DNA of 61,469 bases, the filler included, from Choristocarpus tenellus KU-1152 (Eukaryota; Protista; Phaeophyceae): assembly GCA_964200185.2 (NCBI GenBank). It is 10 parts of 10 records of this genome, joined end to end, with 100 filler letters (N's around TTAATTAATTAA, not from the genome) between each part and the next. Parts side by side here need not be neighbours in the genome. Positions count along the whole stretch, not along the records: positions 1 to 12,603 come from CAXNAD020001769.1; positions 12,704 to 15,737 come from CAXNAD020022796.1; 8 more parts are not named here. One strand, 5' to 3'. Positions within the stretch are counted from its first letter, which is position 1. Each line of letters opens with the position of its first letter. Shown here one piece after another: positions 1 to 13,019 of this stretch. Under the pieces are notes generated by a model, which saw nothing but the letters and a program-made list of their open reading frames with translations, had not been told where the DNA came from and searched no databases. The position numbers and the translations under genes were made by a program.

Positions 1-124
1 AAATCAGGAAAAGTGCATTTACATTATTCATCCGACGTATGCAACCAAATCCCCCAAAAATCGCGACATGAAAAAATTGATCCAAAATGGACAGCCGCCA
101 CCCCCCCCCCAGATACTTTAAGCC
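1..124 (-). mobile_element. MITE-B, partial (cut by window start)
   Basis: Reverse complement of the element at 44070-44250; ends AAATGGACAGCCGCCA-C10-AGATACTTTAAGCC. Confidence 0.85.
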
Positions 125-1519
125 TCTACCATCCAATCCTGTTTCGTACACTCCACCTCTAGGACGCCTACAAATTGCAGCCCCACATGCATCCAAACCA
201 CACTATTGGGTGGAAAGTCAAAGAGGATTTTGGCCCTGGAGTTCAGGCATGTAGTCAGTACCTCCTTCCATATGATCCTTTTTAACTACTTGTGTGGGCC
301 CTTGCCAGTAATAGGTACTATCCTTCTCAGGGCCAAAACTGTTGTTACGATATTCACAATCTTCTCCTACAGATTTATAGTAGTGCCACATAGAAGCCCT
401 TAACTCATGTTTTTTTCGTTGTTGATTACTCCCCGGAAAGTTTTCTTCTGCATCCTGAGCAGTGAACTTAACCTTAGGCTCTGATTTCTTCATCCTCCCA
501 TTTTCTTCGCCCTACATGTCTTCCTTGTCCCCACCCTCGCCATGTGGAGGGCAGACCGGGTAAATGGACACAAGTCGTTCTCATAAACTAGGTAATCATC
601 CCAAGGCCTCCAAAGATTCCAGGCACGCATTAATAGCCATGGAAATGCACGGACATGCGAATATTGTACATGCGTGGGGGGCTGCTAAGTAACTGTTGGC
701 GTTGAAAATAGAATAGGACCAACTAATCAACAATGCTCTGCTGTTGATATTAAACAACTATTTCTTCAATTGTATGAATGAGATCATTTTGTAATAGTCG
801 ATTGTAATAGTTGACACCACGCTAAACAAAAATTAATGACCTGCCAAGCGTCAACAACCCTGGTTCTATGGCACAAGGCATCATTGATTGGCTCGACCAT
901 AACTGAACATACAATTTAACTCATATTTTTTTTGGTGCCCCTATCAATGAAACAAGGATAAAAAATGAAGATGGTAGAGTAGTTCAACTTACATGATCAT
1001 TTACAACACCACAATTGGGCATGTCAGAATGCCAGTTTAGTGCTTAATGCTCATCTCATTATGGATAAACCTGATTGGAACTTTTGCACGACTTGTCAAG
1101 AAAAAGCTGGAAATTTTTAAGCAAGTTTCAGTTCAGATATGTGCACAAACTATTTTCGTCCAGGTCGTGGTGCTTAAGATTTACTGGACAGTCTTCTTGA
1201 AGACATTCATGATTTTAGTGCTCTTTTTTTAGCCTCTAGTAGTTCATTTAGAAACATCACAAAATAATAATCAAATGAGGAAGCAATGGCTAAGTGGTGT
1301 GGTCTGACCCATGGAAACTCGTGACAGATGCCATGTGAAAGTGCCCTCTCACGCTGAAATGTGTATGCTGTGTAGAACACAATGTGCTGCTATCATCATC
1401 AAAGGATGTGGATAGTATTTCATCCATGCTGCCACAAATCATAACCCGGTACAGCCCAATACCTATGATAAGATTGGGTGGGAGGGTTTCTCATCAGATA
1501 CGAATTTCCCACACCACAG

Positions 1520-2934
1520 GAATGTGCTGCACTTGAGGAGGAGCTCCAGAAGATGCGCGACTTTGAAGAATATTTTGAAGCAATGGACGACAGCTCCGAA
1601 GAGGTGGGGAGCAAGGATGATGAGACTGAAACAGCAGAAGAAAAAGGACGCTTCAAGAAATTGAAGGCATTATTCAAATTCAAAACAGAGGAGGCAGCTG
1701 CCAAGGTGTGTAAGACCCTCTAGGCGGGTTATGACAATGGCCTCTACTTGGGCAAAGTTAATTGCTCAGTGAGCATTATTTTTCCTTCTTCTTCAATGAA
1801 AATAAGATGTAATGAATACATTAGAACTAGGAAGCAGGAGAGGGTGAGAAGGAAAGAGTATTGGGTTATTTGTGAATACATTTCAACTCTAAGCAACTTG
1901 ATTAGTGCAAAAAATTATATTCGTAGTGTGTTCCCTTCCCCTTGTGTAGTAGCAACATAGTGTATTTTCCATTGTGTTTACTGGAAGACTTGTTTTTTTG
2001 TCCAAAAAAGTATGTATGCATTACGTTTGTGCTATCTGTCCCATTGCACCAAGCACCAGATTTTACCTTTTCTACCCAACATCTAGTGCATTGGGACATC
2101 CCACATCGGTTTGATGGTCTTGAATCCGTAAATAGATGTAGCATGTAAAAAAAGCAAGAGAAAAAAGGGAAGTAGAAGTTCAAATGGAACTTGAACGCAG
2201 CAAGAGAAGGGTCAAAAAACATGTGTACTTCTCAGTTTCAGAATCGTCAACAAAAATGTGTTTTATTCCACTGTTGAAGTTGCAAGTGCCACATTGAGGG
2301 AAGTAGAACAAGCACAGCTGCAAGAAAGATTGCTCAGCATGAACCTATTCCACTGTTGAAGTTGCAAGTGCCACTTGAGGGAAGTAGAACAAGCACAGCT
2401 GCAAGAAAGATTGCTCAGCATGAAACTGTTCAAGGGTGTAGTTGGTGACATATGTTGGTGAGCTATCTCACAATACATCAGTGTTGAGGTGTGTTTTGAT
2501 TTTGATGTTGCTGGCAGAGGTTAGGACTTTGTACATGAATCAACTACTGAGGGAATACTCCATACTCCAAGGAACTAGACGAGAATTGCCACAGATAGCT
2601 CGATGCCTTTCAAGTAGACTACAAGGTTTGGGTTCTAGTATCACCTACTACACAATAACAAGCAATTAAACTCTTTGATCTTGACATCCAAGCTCACCCA
2701 TTATATTGTTATGTGATACATTCATTGGACATGGATTATGAGTTTCATTCTCACGCAGTGTCTGGTGCACAGGCACTACAAGACCGGGCAGAGCTGTGCC
2801 TTGACCTACGATCCAAGGAACTGATCATAGCTGAGATGACTATCCTCTCTAGGAGGTATCGACAAGAGCTAGCTAGCCTGCATGGCACAAACAAGTGTCT
2901 AACAGAGAGTTTATCAAGGACTGGAACTCAGCAT
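1520..2934 (+). CDS. Two exons (1520-1705, 2773-2934) of an unidentified coiled-coil protein
   Basis: cag|GAATGT...GCCAAG|gtgtgt and cag|GCACTA...CAGCAT|gtgagt; both phase 0-0 and stop-free; E/K/L-rich peptides (ECAALEEELQKMRDF..., ALQDRAELCLDLRSKE...). Confidence 0.6.
2264..2424 (+). repeat. Tandem duplication, ~82-bp period, 2 copies
   Basis: TATTCCACTGTTGAAGTTGCAAGTGCCAC...CAGCATGAA at 2264 and 2346, near-identical (one 1-nt indel). Confidence 0.9.
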
Positions 2935-3434
2935 GTGAGTTATCCTTACACTGGGGAGAGGAGAGGCGAAGGATGAGAACCTTGAGTTGAAGGTATTGCT
3001 GAAGAGAACAATGAATTGTCCTTAACTGTCACCTATACCGTTCACTCCTTCCATATCTACAACCTCCTTTTTCTGACCACCACCTCCACAACCATTGCAA
3101 TATCTATCACCCCATGTGCAAACAGCAGACTTGGACACCCTGTTCTCCAACAACACAATGCCTCTCCCCACCCGTAAGTGACATTAGAAGTGAACGAAAA
3201 GTCCGTTCTCAACACAGCAGAAGACCAGGTAGAGGACTGGGGAGAGGAGGGGAACACAGATGTTCCACATGTGTTGTTGCCCCCATGAATGGTGTACAAA
3301 CCCTTGGCGAACCAGGAGGCTGTGCTTCAACAATGTGGGCGGCAGGGAGTGAGGGAGAGGGGACAGTAAGGTGGACGCAGCTGACCCCAAAGGAGAGCAA
3401 TCTGCTAAGGGCACAACCATATCTAAAGGTACAA

Positions 3435-3535
3435 GAGTGAAATTATCTTAGAGGGTACGAGATTTGCCCTGTTTGTCCGTTTGGGGCTTGGCTTCCCACG
3501 TTTTTTTTATAACAGTTTCCTACCCCTAAATGTTT
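3435..3535 (+). mobile_element. MITE-A, left ~100 bp only
   Basis: GAGTGAAATTATCTTAGAGGGTACGAGATTTGCCCTGTTTGTCCG..., directly followed by a full copy. Confidence 0.85.
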
Positions 3536-3797
3536 GAGTTAAAGTATCTTGGAGGGTACAGGTTTTGCCCTGTTTGTGCATTTGGGCCTTGGCTTCCCTC
3601 GGGGTTCTTATGACATTTTCCTACTTCATAATATTTAGGAGTAGGTAAAATGTATAGGTTATGAAAATGTGTGTCCGGAACAAGGATATTGACACTTCCT
3701 AACAAACACGATAGCGAAAATTACATCAAAATCGCAACGTTGGATTTTGGCCCCCAAATGGACGCGGCTCTCTCTACCCTCTAAGATACTAAGACTC
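3536..3797 (+). mobile_element. MITE-A (Sola2-like non-autonomous), full length
   Basis: TIRs GAGTTAAAGTATCTTGGAGGGTA ... TACCCTCTAAGATACTAAGACTC; internal sequence shared with the other copies. Confidence 0.9.
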
Positions 3798-3963
3798 GCA
3801 AGGGTGATGAAGAAATTGATGCAGAGAAAGAGTGATGGATGGACACAGTAAGAAAGAGTCATTACTGGAGTCCTTAGATTGAATGGAGAGTCTTGTTTTT
3901 CACGGACAAGCACAAGTTGGAACCATGATCATGCCTACTGCGAGAAAGAGGTTAAGAACACCT

Positions 3964-4221
3964 GACCCAAAGTATCTTAGGGGGTAGAGCCGCGTCCATT
4001 TGGGGGTCAAAATCCAATGATGCGATTTCAATGTAATCTTGGCTACCGTGTTTGTTAGGAAGTGTCATTATCCTTGTTCCGGACACACCTTTTCATAATG
4101 TATACATTTTACCTACTCCGAAATATTTTGGAGTAGGAAAATGTCATAAAACCCCCGAGGGAAGCCAAGCCCCAAATGGACAAATAGGGCAAAACACGTA
4201 CCTTCTAAGATACTTTCACTC
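3964..4221 (-). mobile_element. MITE-A full length, TSD ACCT
   Basis: ACCT|GACCCAAAGTATCTTAG...AGATACTTTCACTC|ACCT. Confidence 0.93.
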
Positions 4222-7200
4222 ACCTTTGTGATGTGGCAGCATGCTGTGGAAATCTGCATCCTCTATTTTTTCCGCCAGAAGTATATAGCAAACACACCCA
4301 ATCGCCACAGAGATCATACTATGGGTGCGTCAAATATTCTCTGTAGTATCATATAGCAATACAAGTATTGTGCGGAATGGGAATGTAAAAGGCTGTTTAG
4401 GAACGACACTTTTACTAGCAAATTCTGCACTCTGTTTTCTACCAGCAGTATACAATGGTTTGTATTTCCAACCTAATGGATATTCAATCTGTCAAGTATG
4501 GATTAGTCCAAAGAACACTTCCGGCTTCCTACATTAAAAACGTCGCATAGCTTTTCCGCCAACTCTATGCGTCTTGTAGAACTGGCCTGAACACTACCCC
4601 ACACTTTGAATGAGTACTCAGTATAGCAGGTATGCTGAAGTATTAATTATAGACTATTTCGAACACCTCATTCTAATGAAAGGTTTATTCGCTGTTGGCA
4701 TCATACAACCTCCATTTCCGGTACAATTTAAGGCAAGGAGTATCCACGGCATACCCTTTCAAGAAAGGTATATTGAAGCTGGTGTATGTAGGGGACCCCA
4801 CTAGGGCAATCTTTGAGTAGAAGAGTGCCCTGGCTTGCTTTACGCAGGATAATGGGGGAGGGGGTTTGCTCAACATAGAGAAGGGGGGTGCACTTACTGT
4901 ATGCCCTCTGCCTTGGCTAGAACTCTAAGGGTCATATGTGCTCGAGTATATGCAGAGTGTATACATACCGTATATAGTCATCCCAGAGCTCCCCAGAGTG
5001 CCAGCGAACAAATGCATATATGCATTTTTTGAAATGATGTTGAAAAGGACAAACTACTCTTTGGTATAGTGGGCCCAGATGTCCATCTAAAGAAGTGATC
5101 CTGTTTCTGAGCATCACCCACTTAACTCCGACATGTGGACTGCCAACTTGTACCCACCCCTTAATGGGGATCTAATACAAACACTATCCTTCATCTCTAG
5201 TTCAAAATCTACCATCACCTTCCTTTTCCTCGCCTCCTCTGTATCTAAATTTGATCACCAACAATGATTGTCCTGATCTTCATGTGAAAGGAGCAGAGAT
5301 CAGATACAGGATTGAACGCTTTGTCAGAGGAGATTCGATCAAGGATTCGAAAAGATTTCCTTGTTCCCTCTCGAAAGGGGCAGGGTGCTGAAGGAAGCAT
5401 ATCAGATGCTATGGACTATTCACATGCAACAAATGCGCCTCACAAAAATCGCACTTCAATGAGACTGGACAAACCTCTGTCTCTTGCTACTGGGTCAGTC
5501 CTAACCAATGTGCCTCTGGGAGACCGTGGGCTGCCAATTGGACGAATGAAACCACAGGAGGAAACGGACCAGGACGATGAAGTCAGACCATCAGATCAGA
5601 ACAGACTGGTGAGGGGTTTGAAGCTGAGGAAAGGAACACAGTGGCATTGTTCAGCCAGTCGGGATCAGAGTAACGTCCATCAAGGAGGTCGCGGAGGATT
5701 GCTTTGGTGATGTGACATTGATACCAACTCGGGACAAGCCATCACATGTCATGAAAACTACCCAACAAAATTGTGGCCAAGACCCTCTTGCTCATCGATT
5801 TATGATCTGCAAACTCTTGACTCATAAGAAAAAGAAACCATGTATTGAGTTGTCCGAAATGCCTCTAACAACTCACAACACCCAACATACAAATTTCACA
5901 ATCAAAATCTGATGGATTGGCACACCACTTAAGAGCACCGTCATCAAAAATGTGGGTATAGCGTCAGCAGAGACTCCTTTTCTGCAGCCTCCAGTGAAAG
6001 GTATTTCAGTATTGTAGGCCTCAATCTCTGTATGTCTTCAAAGTCAGAACAAGCTCAAAGATAACATTATGTGATACACAAAACAATAACTACAAATCCA
6101 TATACTGTGCTGTCTTGCTCAATGAGGGGATAAATTGTATAAAATTGAGAATACATCGCTAGGAGAAGTTTCTTTGATTATCATAATCTCCCTCTAAGTA
6201 TAGATGTATGGAGGTGAAATAATAGGAAATTCCCCTTGATGAAGACTGCACATGCAAGGATAAAGTATGGGGAGGAAAAATGCAGGTAGATACCAAGACT
6301 TTGAGAAATGCAGGTCTGTTTTTCTATTGCTATATATTCAGAGCCTTCTGATGCCAGAGAGACCTCCTATGGAGCAAAGTATGGCCCGGCCATTTGCCTG
6401 TCTTTGTAAAAAGAAGCTTCAAATCCTTCACAGTGGCAGCCTTTTGGTGATTAGTGTCAACCTACCAATGAGTGTGTGCAACTGAGCGATGAGTGTAACA
6501 CACTAATCAATTTCTGAGTCGTCATACCCATGTTCAATCCATGCACTCTAACCGTGAAACTCAGCAAGTATCACAACTAGTTGCACTTCTACACACTAGC
6601 AACATCCCTACCTTGAATGGTGATACCTCATTATATATATGTATGTATATTAGTTCATTGGACATAGGACAAGCAGTACTTACAATTAATATTTTGTCGG
6701 GCACTTTAAACCAAGGTGTGGCAAGGAAGCTGTTGCCTGAATAGGAGCACCACTCCAAGGACAGGAGCCCCCCAAATGGATGCTTGAGAATAAATTTGGT
6801 GCTGTAGGATGAAGAGGAGTGCCCAGAGATGTGCGGAGTAAGCTAGATCAAGATCACTTGGATATTTTGTTGCGCGCATTTTTTAGTTGTGAGCGCTAAA
6901 CTGTAGACACCTCTCCTCATATCCTAACCTTCGTTGTATTGATCAGGGTTTGAAGATCGACTGACACCACCAGGTTCACATAACAGTTTCAGCACTGTAT
7001 AATATACCACACGCACAACACGAACCACAGATGTAAGAGTTGCCTGAGAGTAAGAGGGATCAGGGAGGCCACCAGGGAAGTAAATATGCATTGATCGGGT
7101 CGCCGTAAGGGTATAACTGTGGCATACACTGATTACGGTATAAGCATTGAATATGCAACATCATCGGCACGTACATGAAATCGACAGTATTATTCCAACG

Positions 7201-7639
7201 TCTTACCGATCCACCCATCCCTCCATATTTGATTGCCGGGAATCTCCTATTTGTCCCCAAAATCGATGGCCCGCCCATTTTTTGAGGTATTTGCTTCCCT
7301 GAGAAGCACTCGCGCTTCACAGACCCTTCTAGCATGCCCCACCCCTTTGGATTAGAGGGTGGCGTTTGCCGTGCACACTTGTATCCTATTGCCTGTTACC
7401 CCCCGGATCATAAACCATTCAAACTAAGTCGTTGTTGGCCTGAGTTAGGGTGTTGTCTATGCTCACAATGCTATTTTTCCACCCATGTAAAGCTCTTATG
7501 GTACAGCTCAGTCGATTTGTATTTTTCTATAGCACCTTCTCTACATGTAGCTTGAAATCATACCCTGGGGACAGGGGCCTGGCATTCATTGCTAGTAGTT
7601 CATTGCTGTGGTAACGGTCCATAGTATCCTGCAAGGGGT

Positions 7640-8350
7640 GTCAGGAGTTCACTCGGAGCCTCAGTGACCCTGTAGTGATTCCATCTCATTAGAGTGAACA
7701 TGTCAGATGTAAGGCCAATGTCCTTCATCTCAATGCACCTTGCTTGAACATCACCCTGCTTGAACCAATCCGAAGGAAAGTCACCCCCACAAAACAGGCA
7801 TCAAACCCGAGTATTTCATAATAATTCCCCATCAAGCCGAAAAAACAACCTGGTCTAACCATCCCCCCCCTCAAGGATACTATAGGCTAATGATCCTCAA
7901 GCACTCCATACATATGCCAAGTTTGTGGGGAAGGAATATGCAATGCAATGGATGCTGCTCTTGTGGTATCAATCTGTATTTCTTTTTGTATTTTTTTCAT
8001 CACACTTGGAAAATGTATACATTACATGGCTGTGGTTGCGGGACTATTGTTACCATTGAAGGCGGGATATAATATTTCAAGGGCTACCTGGCTATAGGGT
8101 CTTTAGTTCCCACAATAATATTGAGTGAGGCAGTACTTCATGCCTGACAATCGTTGGTTGTGTAGTACTTCGAAGTATCCATCAACGTTTCAAATTGCAG
8201 AACGCCTACACTCTGCCTGGCATTTTGTCATACACCTGTTTGTTACATCATATATTGATGGTACAAGGCAAAGATCAAGGCTGGGTGAACGTGATTGGCA
8301 CCCCTTCTTTATGAAGAGACGATTTGTAATGGGAAGAAGCATGCTCCAGA
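7640..8350. repeat. Copy 1 of a diverged dispersed repeat (unclassified, TE-like)
   Basis: GTCAGGAGT...GAGTGAAC(A/G)TGTCAGATGTAAGGCCAAT...CAAAACAGGCATCA...CAAGGATACTATAGGC recurs at 9761-10010; weaker similarity continues ~8240-8330 vs ~10150-10240. Confidence 0.7.
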
Positions 8351-9760
8351 GGTACTCCCAGTCCATACTCTAATACTTCTACATTGTGTAGGGTGGCATT
8401 GTAATGAACCAGGTAGGTGTACTATTACAGAGAAGCCCCGCTACAATTTATACTTAATACTATATAGTATGAAATATGGTCATAGCCCACCCCCCACCTA
8501 CCATGGAATGATGTACTCCAGGTTATGAAGTGCTGTACTGCACGTAATATGCAATCTACCCCCTGTGCTATTGTGTATATGGCTTGTTATGATCAATGAT
8601 GTAGTATATATCCTTCTGCCCACACCAGACTGACATTTTCCAGGTCAGGTGTTGCCAAGTAGGGAAAAAGAATAATCAAATTGATAAACATCAAGCACAA
8701 CAGCAGCAGAGTTTATATATCTTACAGGAAAAGTCAGAGATATACACCAACACTTGTGTACTAAAAACAGAAACAAGAATATTACACCTATATATATAAA
8801 TTAAGTTCATTGTTGAATTTGTTCTTATCTCGTTCTAAGAAGGTGGCCTAGAAGCGAGGGAAGAGTCCTAGGAGTGGGTCAAGCCCCTCCTAGCCCACCA
8901 ACCAGGTACCTCATACATGAATTGCGTGACACGCTTGGAGATCTTCATTTGCGCAGTGATTGACGTTACTTGTCGCAGGCGTTCTATTGTTTGTTTATAT
9001 TTCTTCTCCCTACCAGTAATATTACATTCGTTCGAGGATGCGTGCTTCTAATCGGGAATCAATACATGTAAAAAAATGACCGTCTTTTAAGGAATAAAAT
9101 CAAATACAAATATGGGTAGCACACATTTAAGATATAAATGTGGGTTCTTCATCTCTATGGGGTCACAAAATCAGATAACACAAAGCCAGAAAATCTTACT
9201 GAAAAAAAAGGAGACTGAGCGAAAGGGCCAGCATGATCGTTTTGAATCATCATAAACCAGTCCAGAGTGGTGAGTTCTACACTGAGTCAAAGACTCAAAG
9301 TAAAAGAGAGGTACTCAGGTTTTGACCGTTTTGTACTTAAAGCCAGATTTCAATCTCTCACAATTCACCCATAATTCTATCGATGAAATGCTTCGTTTGA
9401 CTTGAGAACGTTGATTTCTGTTTGAAACTTTTCGACAAAAAAAGTTTGAAAAACTTCGTGTACACGTTTTAAAAATAGACGAATTTTGCGCATGTTTGTC
9501 CACATCCTTAAAACACAACTCTGGGTACCTCTCTCATACTACGGACTAGTGAACAAAGTACCTTTTTGTGATACCTGTGTTCCGAAGTGGCTTGTTGGGT
9601 TCATAGTAGTAACCAGGTTTACAAGGAAATGTTTGGTTAAAATCGTGGTTCTTAGCGTAGTAAGATTCGATCAGGTGAAGATGCTACTGACTGTGTCGAA
9701 TTTCTTTTAGGATGTTCATGATGTAGAGGCGTTGACCAACTCAACAAGGCCCAGAGGGTT

Positions 9761-10260
9761 GTCAGGAGTCCATTCGGGGCCTCTGTGACCATGTAGCGCT
9801 TTCCATGTCATTTGAGTGAACGTGTCAGATGTAAGGCCAATTCCCTTCATCTTGACGCATCTTCCTTTTCCATCCATCCCCCTGCCTTAACCAAAATCTG
9901 AAAGAAAATCACCCACAAAACAGGCATCACACTGGGGTATTTTAAAATGCCCCATCAATCTCCGAATAGACAACTTGGCCTAACCCCCCCCCCCAAGGAT
10001 ACTATAGGCCGCAATCCTCCGCAATGCGTTCAAGGATGGAGCAAGTATCAGAGTGAGTGGTGCATGACACTCCGTAAGTCCGACAAGAAAAGGATGATCA
10101 CTTGACCATTCGTTCACTGGGTGTATGAAAACAGGAGGGGAGACATCTGTCTTCTTTTAATTCTGATGTAATGGTACCAAGGAAAATGGGGGAGGATGTG
10201 AGCATGAAGCAAGCACCCATCTTTTGTGACCACCAAAATCGCTATCAACTCAGACTGAGG
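9761..10260. repeat. Copy 2 of the same dispersed repeat
   Basis: Direct-orientation homolog of 7640-8350. Confidence 0.7.
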
Positions 10261-12044
10261 AACTATGGCTTGGTCAGGAAAAGAAGAAACCAGACTACCT
10301 AAAGGTGTCAAGGAGAAGAGTGAACGAGCTCCAGGTACATCGTAATTTCCTTTCCTGGATTATTGTGCCTTGTGCGCTACACACAGGGGTAGTGCTATAA
10401 ATTCAGTCAACCTTCGGACAGTTGGCACACGTGAACAAAGTGGTTTTATACAAGATCATCTTAATGAAAATAGCATTCCATCTTGACCAAAAAAGGCCGT
10501 TCATACACCATTATTTAAGAGAGCCCACCCTCTCCTTTCTGCAGCTAACGCTAAGTGTGTGAGTGATGTTGACCAAGGCGTGAAAAACTTTTTGCAATAT
10601 TTATGATGTCTTCGTTCATTATAGTGCAAGGCCAGTTTTGGACCCTGCACAGTCACCAATGAGTAAAAAAATGAAAGCAAGGTTTCAGGAGATCAGGGGA
10701 TAAGGGAGGAGATGACGTGGGGAGACTCGAGAAAAGTATCAAGTCAAGCTGAACGAAAAGCGTCCCAGCATATGCATATCCTGTATATTAGTGTTGAAGG
10801 TTCGGCAGTACTCCTCACCAACTAAGAGCAAGCAGAACGGAAAGAAAGGAGGGGCACAATTCAATATCACTAGCCAATGGGAAGATCGGATGGGGAGATC
10901 ACAATATCTGCATCTGGTCCCACCAATCTTCAAAAGGCACATCTTGCATTGTCAACTTGTCATTCTCGAACCCAAATATACCCCTAAACAATGGCCACAA
11001 GATAAAAAACTATTCATAGCATACCACAATCATTACTACGCTGGAGCACTTGCCAAAAAACAATGTGACAAAGTATAAGTCAGAAACAGATCAAGAACCT
11101 TGACACACAAGATATCCGTTGCACGGTGACAGCAGAGATAACTCAGAAGGTCACTGTTTTAGCACACAAGTCATTGCACTTCTCTCCAATCCATAAATCC
11201 CCACCACCAGTACCTCTTCCGCAGCTTGAACAAGATGACATCACACACCATGCAACCAAGTCAAACATACCTCGTAATAGAGGAACAGTAACTCTTCTCA
11301 CTCTAAAAGTGTAATGAAAAATTGACATTCAGTTTTACAAAGTACTCAAATATATATACACATATTCCCACGTATAATGCACACTGTACTGGCTAGTGTA
11401 AAGAATAAAATTAAGTTGATCATCTTTTTGTTACACAAGTTCGCTCTATCAGAAGGCCAGAAAAAACTACAAGAGGACAAGCACAAAATGGCTCCCACTT
11501 CCATTATGTGCACCTACCTCCCCCTCTCTCTCTTTCCCCTGCCTCTTTCAATCAAGTATTCAATCAAGTAGATGCCAGCACAAATCCAGCACAAAATCAT
11601 AAAAACACTACAAAAAAATCTCGTTCCGTCTCTTCTATAATACGGTGGAAAGGAAGCAACCAAAGACAAAACACAAGTCCTAGCTACAATTGTATAGGTC
11701 TTGCCCCACCACTATCACCAATGGTCCAAAGGTCATCAGCCGGGAAGGCATACAAAAGCGACCAGCAGCAGGGTTGACGCAGATTGGTTCACTTTGTGTA
11801 CACTCTCTTGTTTTTCCTACATCATATGTGTTCATGGAACTAAACAACAGAATTTAGTTCCTATTGGGCTAACTAACTCTCTCTCTCTCTCTCAAGTACA
11901 TCAAACAAGTCCACACCATCATTCTTGGGGAACATACCTCCACACTTCCAACCAACGTAATATTTATCATGTGTCAATGCCAACAGAAAGGTCCTTACCT
12001 CCAGTTATCATCTGTCATGCGGAAAACATAGTAAGCCAGCAGAG

Positions 12045-12061
12045 TAACCCTAACCCTAACC
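12045..12061 (-). repeat. Interstitial telomere-like (TTAGGG)n tract
   Basis: TAACCCTAACCCTAACC. Confidence 0.8.
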
Positions 12062-12137
12062 TCAGGAAATAATACAAATAAAAAAGTACGCCAACAATCA
12101 GCAAGCATATATAAGGAAGTGTTCGAACCTCCCTCCA

Positions 12138-12603
12138 CTACACACCCCTGGTCAAAAAGGACGTCAGGGTTCGCTGGGGCTTCGAACGCCCCCTTTCCCT
12201 TTCTCGCTTTCCAGAACCAGCTTTCCCCCCCCCCCCAACGTTCTTCTCTACTGTGCCTCTCTCCCCCCTACCAGCAGCACTATCATTGTTTGTCGGAAAT
12301 GCTCCACATGTGTCCACCATAGCCACCCCTGAAGAACCTTCAGCCCCCTCAGCAGTTGCAGTTGCAACCCCTTTGTCATTCCCATTGCCACTAATGCCTG
12401 CAATCCCTGCCCCAGCTCTTGGTCGTCCCATCAACTCAGACAAGTCAAGCCTATCCCCCTCCCCTACTAGCAACTGGGCCTGACCTCCCTCACGTGGGCG
12501 AAGTCCTCTTACCGCAGCTCCCCCCCCCCCCGCCCCCCCAATTTTGGCCCCAACCGCCGCGGCCCCCCCCCCCCCCCCCCCTCCCCCTCCCTCCACCCCC
12601 CCC
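12138..12603 (-). CDS. Probable terminal exon of a Gly/Ala-rich protein ending in a PIP-box-like motif
   Basis: Open frame from contig edge to stop at 12138; C-terminus ...SKPQRTLTSFLTRGV resembles Q-x-x-L-x-x-F-(F/L). Confidence 0.5.
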
Positions 12604-12703
12604 NNNNNNNNNNNNNNNNNNNNNNNNNNNNNNNNNNNNNNNNNNNNTTAATTAATTAANNNNNNNNNNNNNNNNNNNNNNNNNNNNNNNNNNNNNNNNN
12701 NNN
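12604..12703. other. Artificial contig-joining spacer
   Basis: N44-TTAATTAATTAA-N44, exactly 100 bp, repeated identically nine times. Confidence 0.98.
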
Positions 12704-13019
12704 CTGCACAGTATACCAGTGTCATATGTACACAGTACTGTAACTTTCGTAAATTACACTCATTACGATGTATTCACTCATATGTATAGTACACCTTCCC
12801 ATGAAAAGCATCAGCAAGCAATTGGATGGCTGGACAGACGTATCAAATCAACGCTCAAAGTCAATCTCCCTCTAATGTTCTGCCCTATTTATTCAATTGC
12901 ACTTTACAAGGATATTGTGCAGTATAAAAATGCCACCATGGATATAATACAGCTGCACTGCCATGGAACCTCCATTGCACTGAGTAAAACAACTTATCCA
13001 CCATTAAAAAAATCGCGAC

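Noticed and set aside
8868-8893. Small hairpin CTAGGAG...CTCCTAG as a Helitron 3' end
   Set aside because: No correctly spaced CTRR terminus, second copy or Rep/helicase evidence
12604-12703. TTAATTAATTAA motifs as biological sites, and any synteny across them
   Set aside because: Six-frame-stop linker inside N runs; adjacent contigs are not evidence of physical linkage
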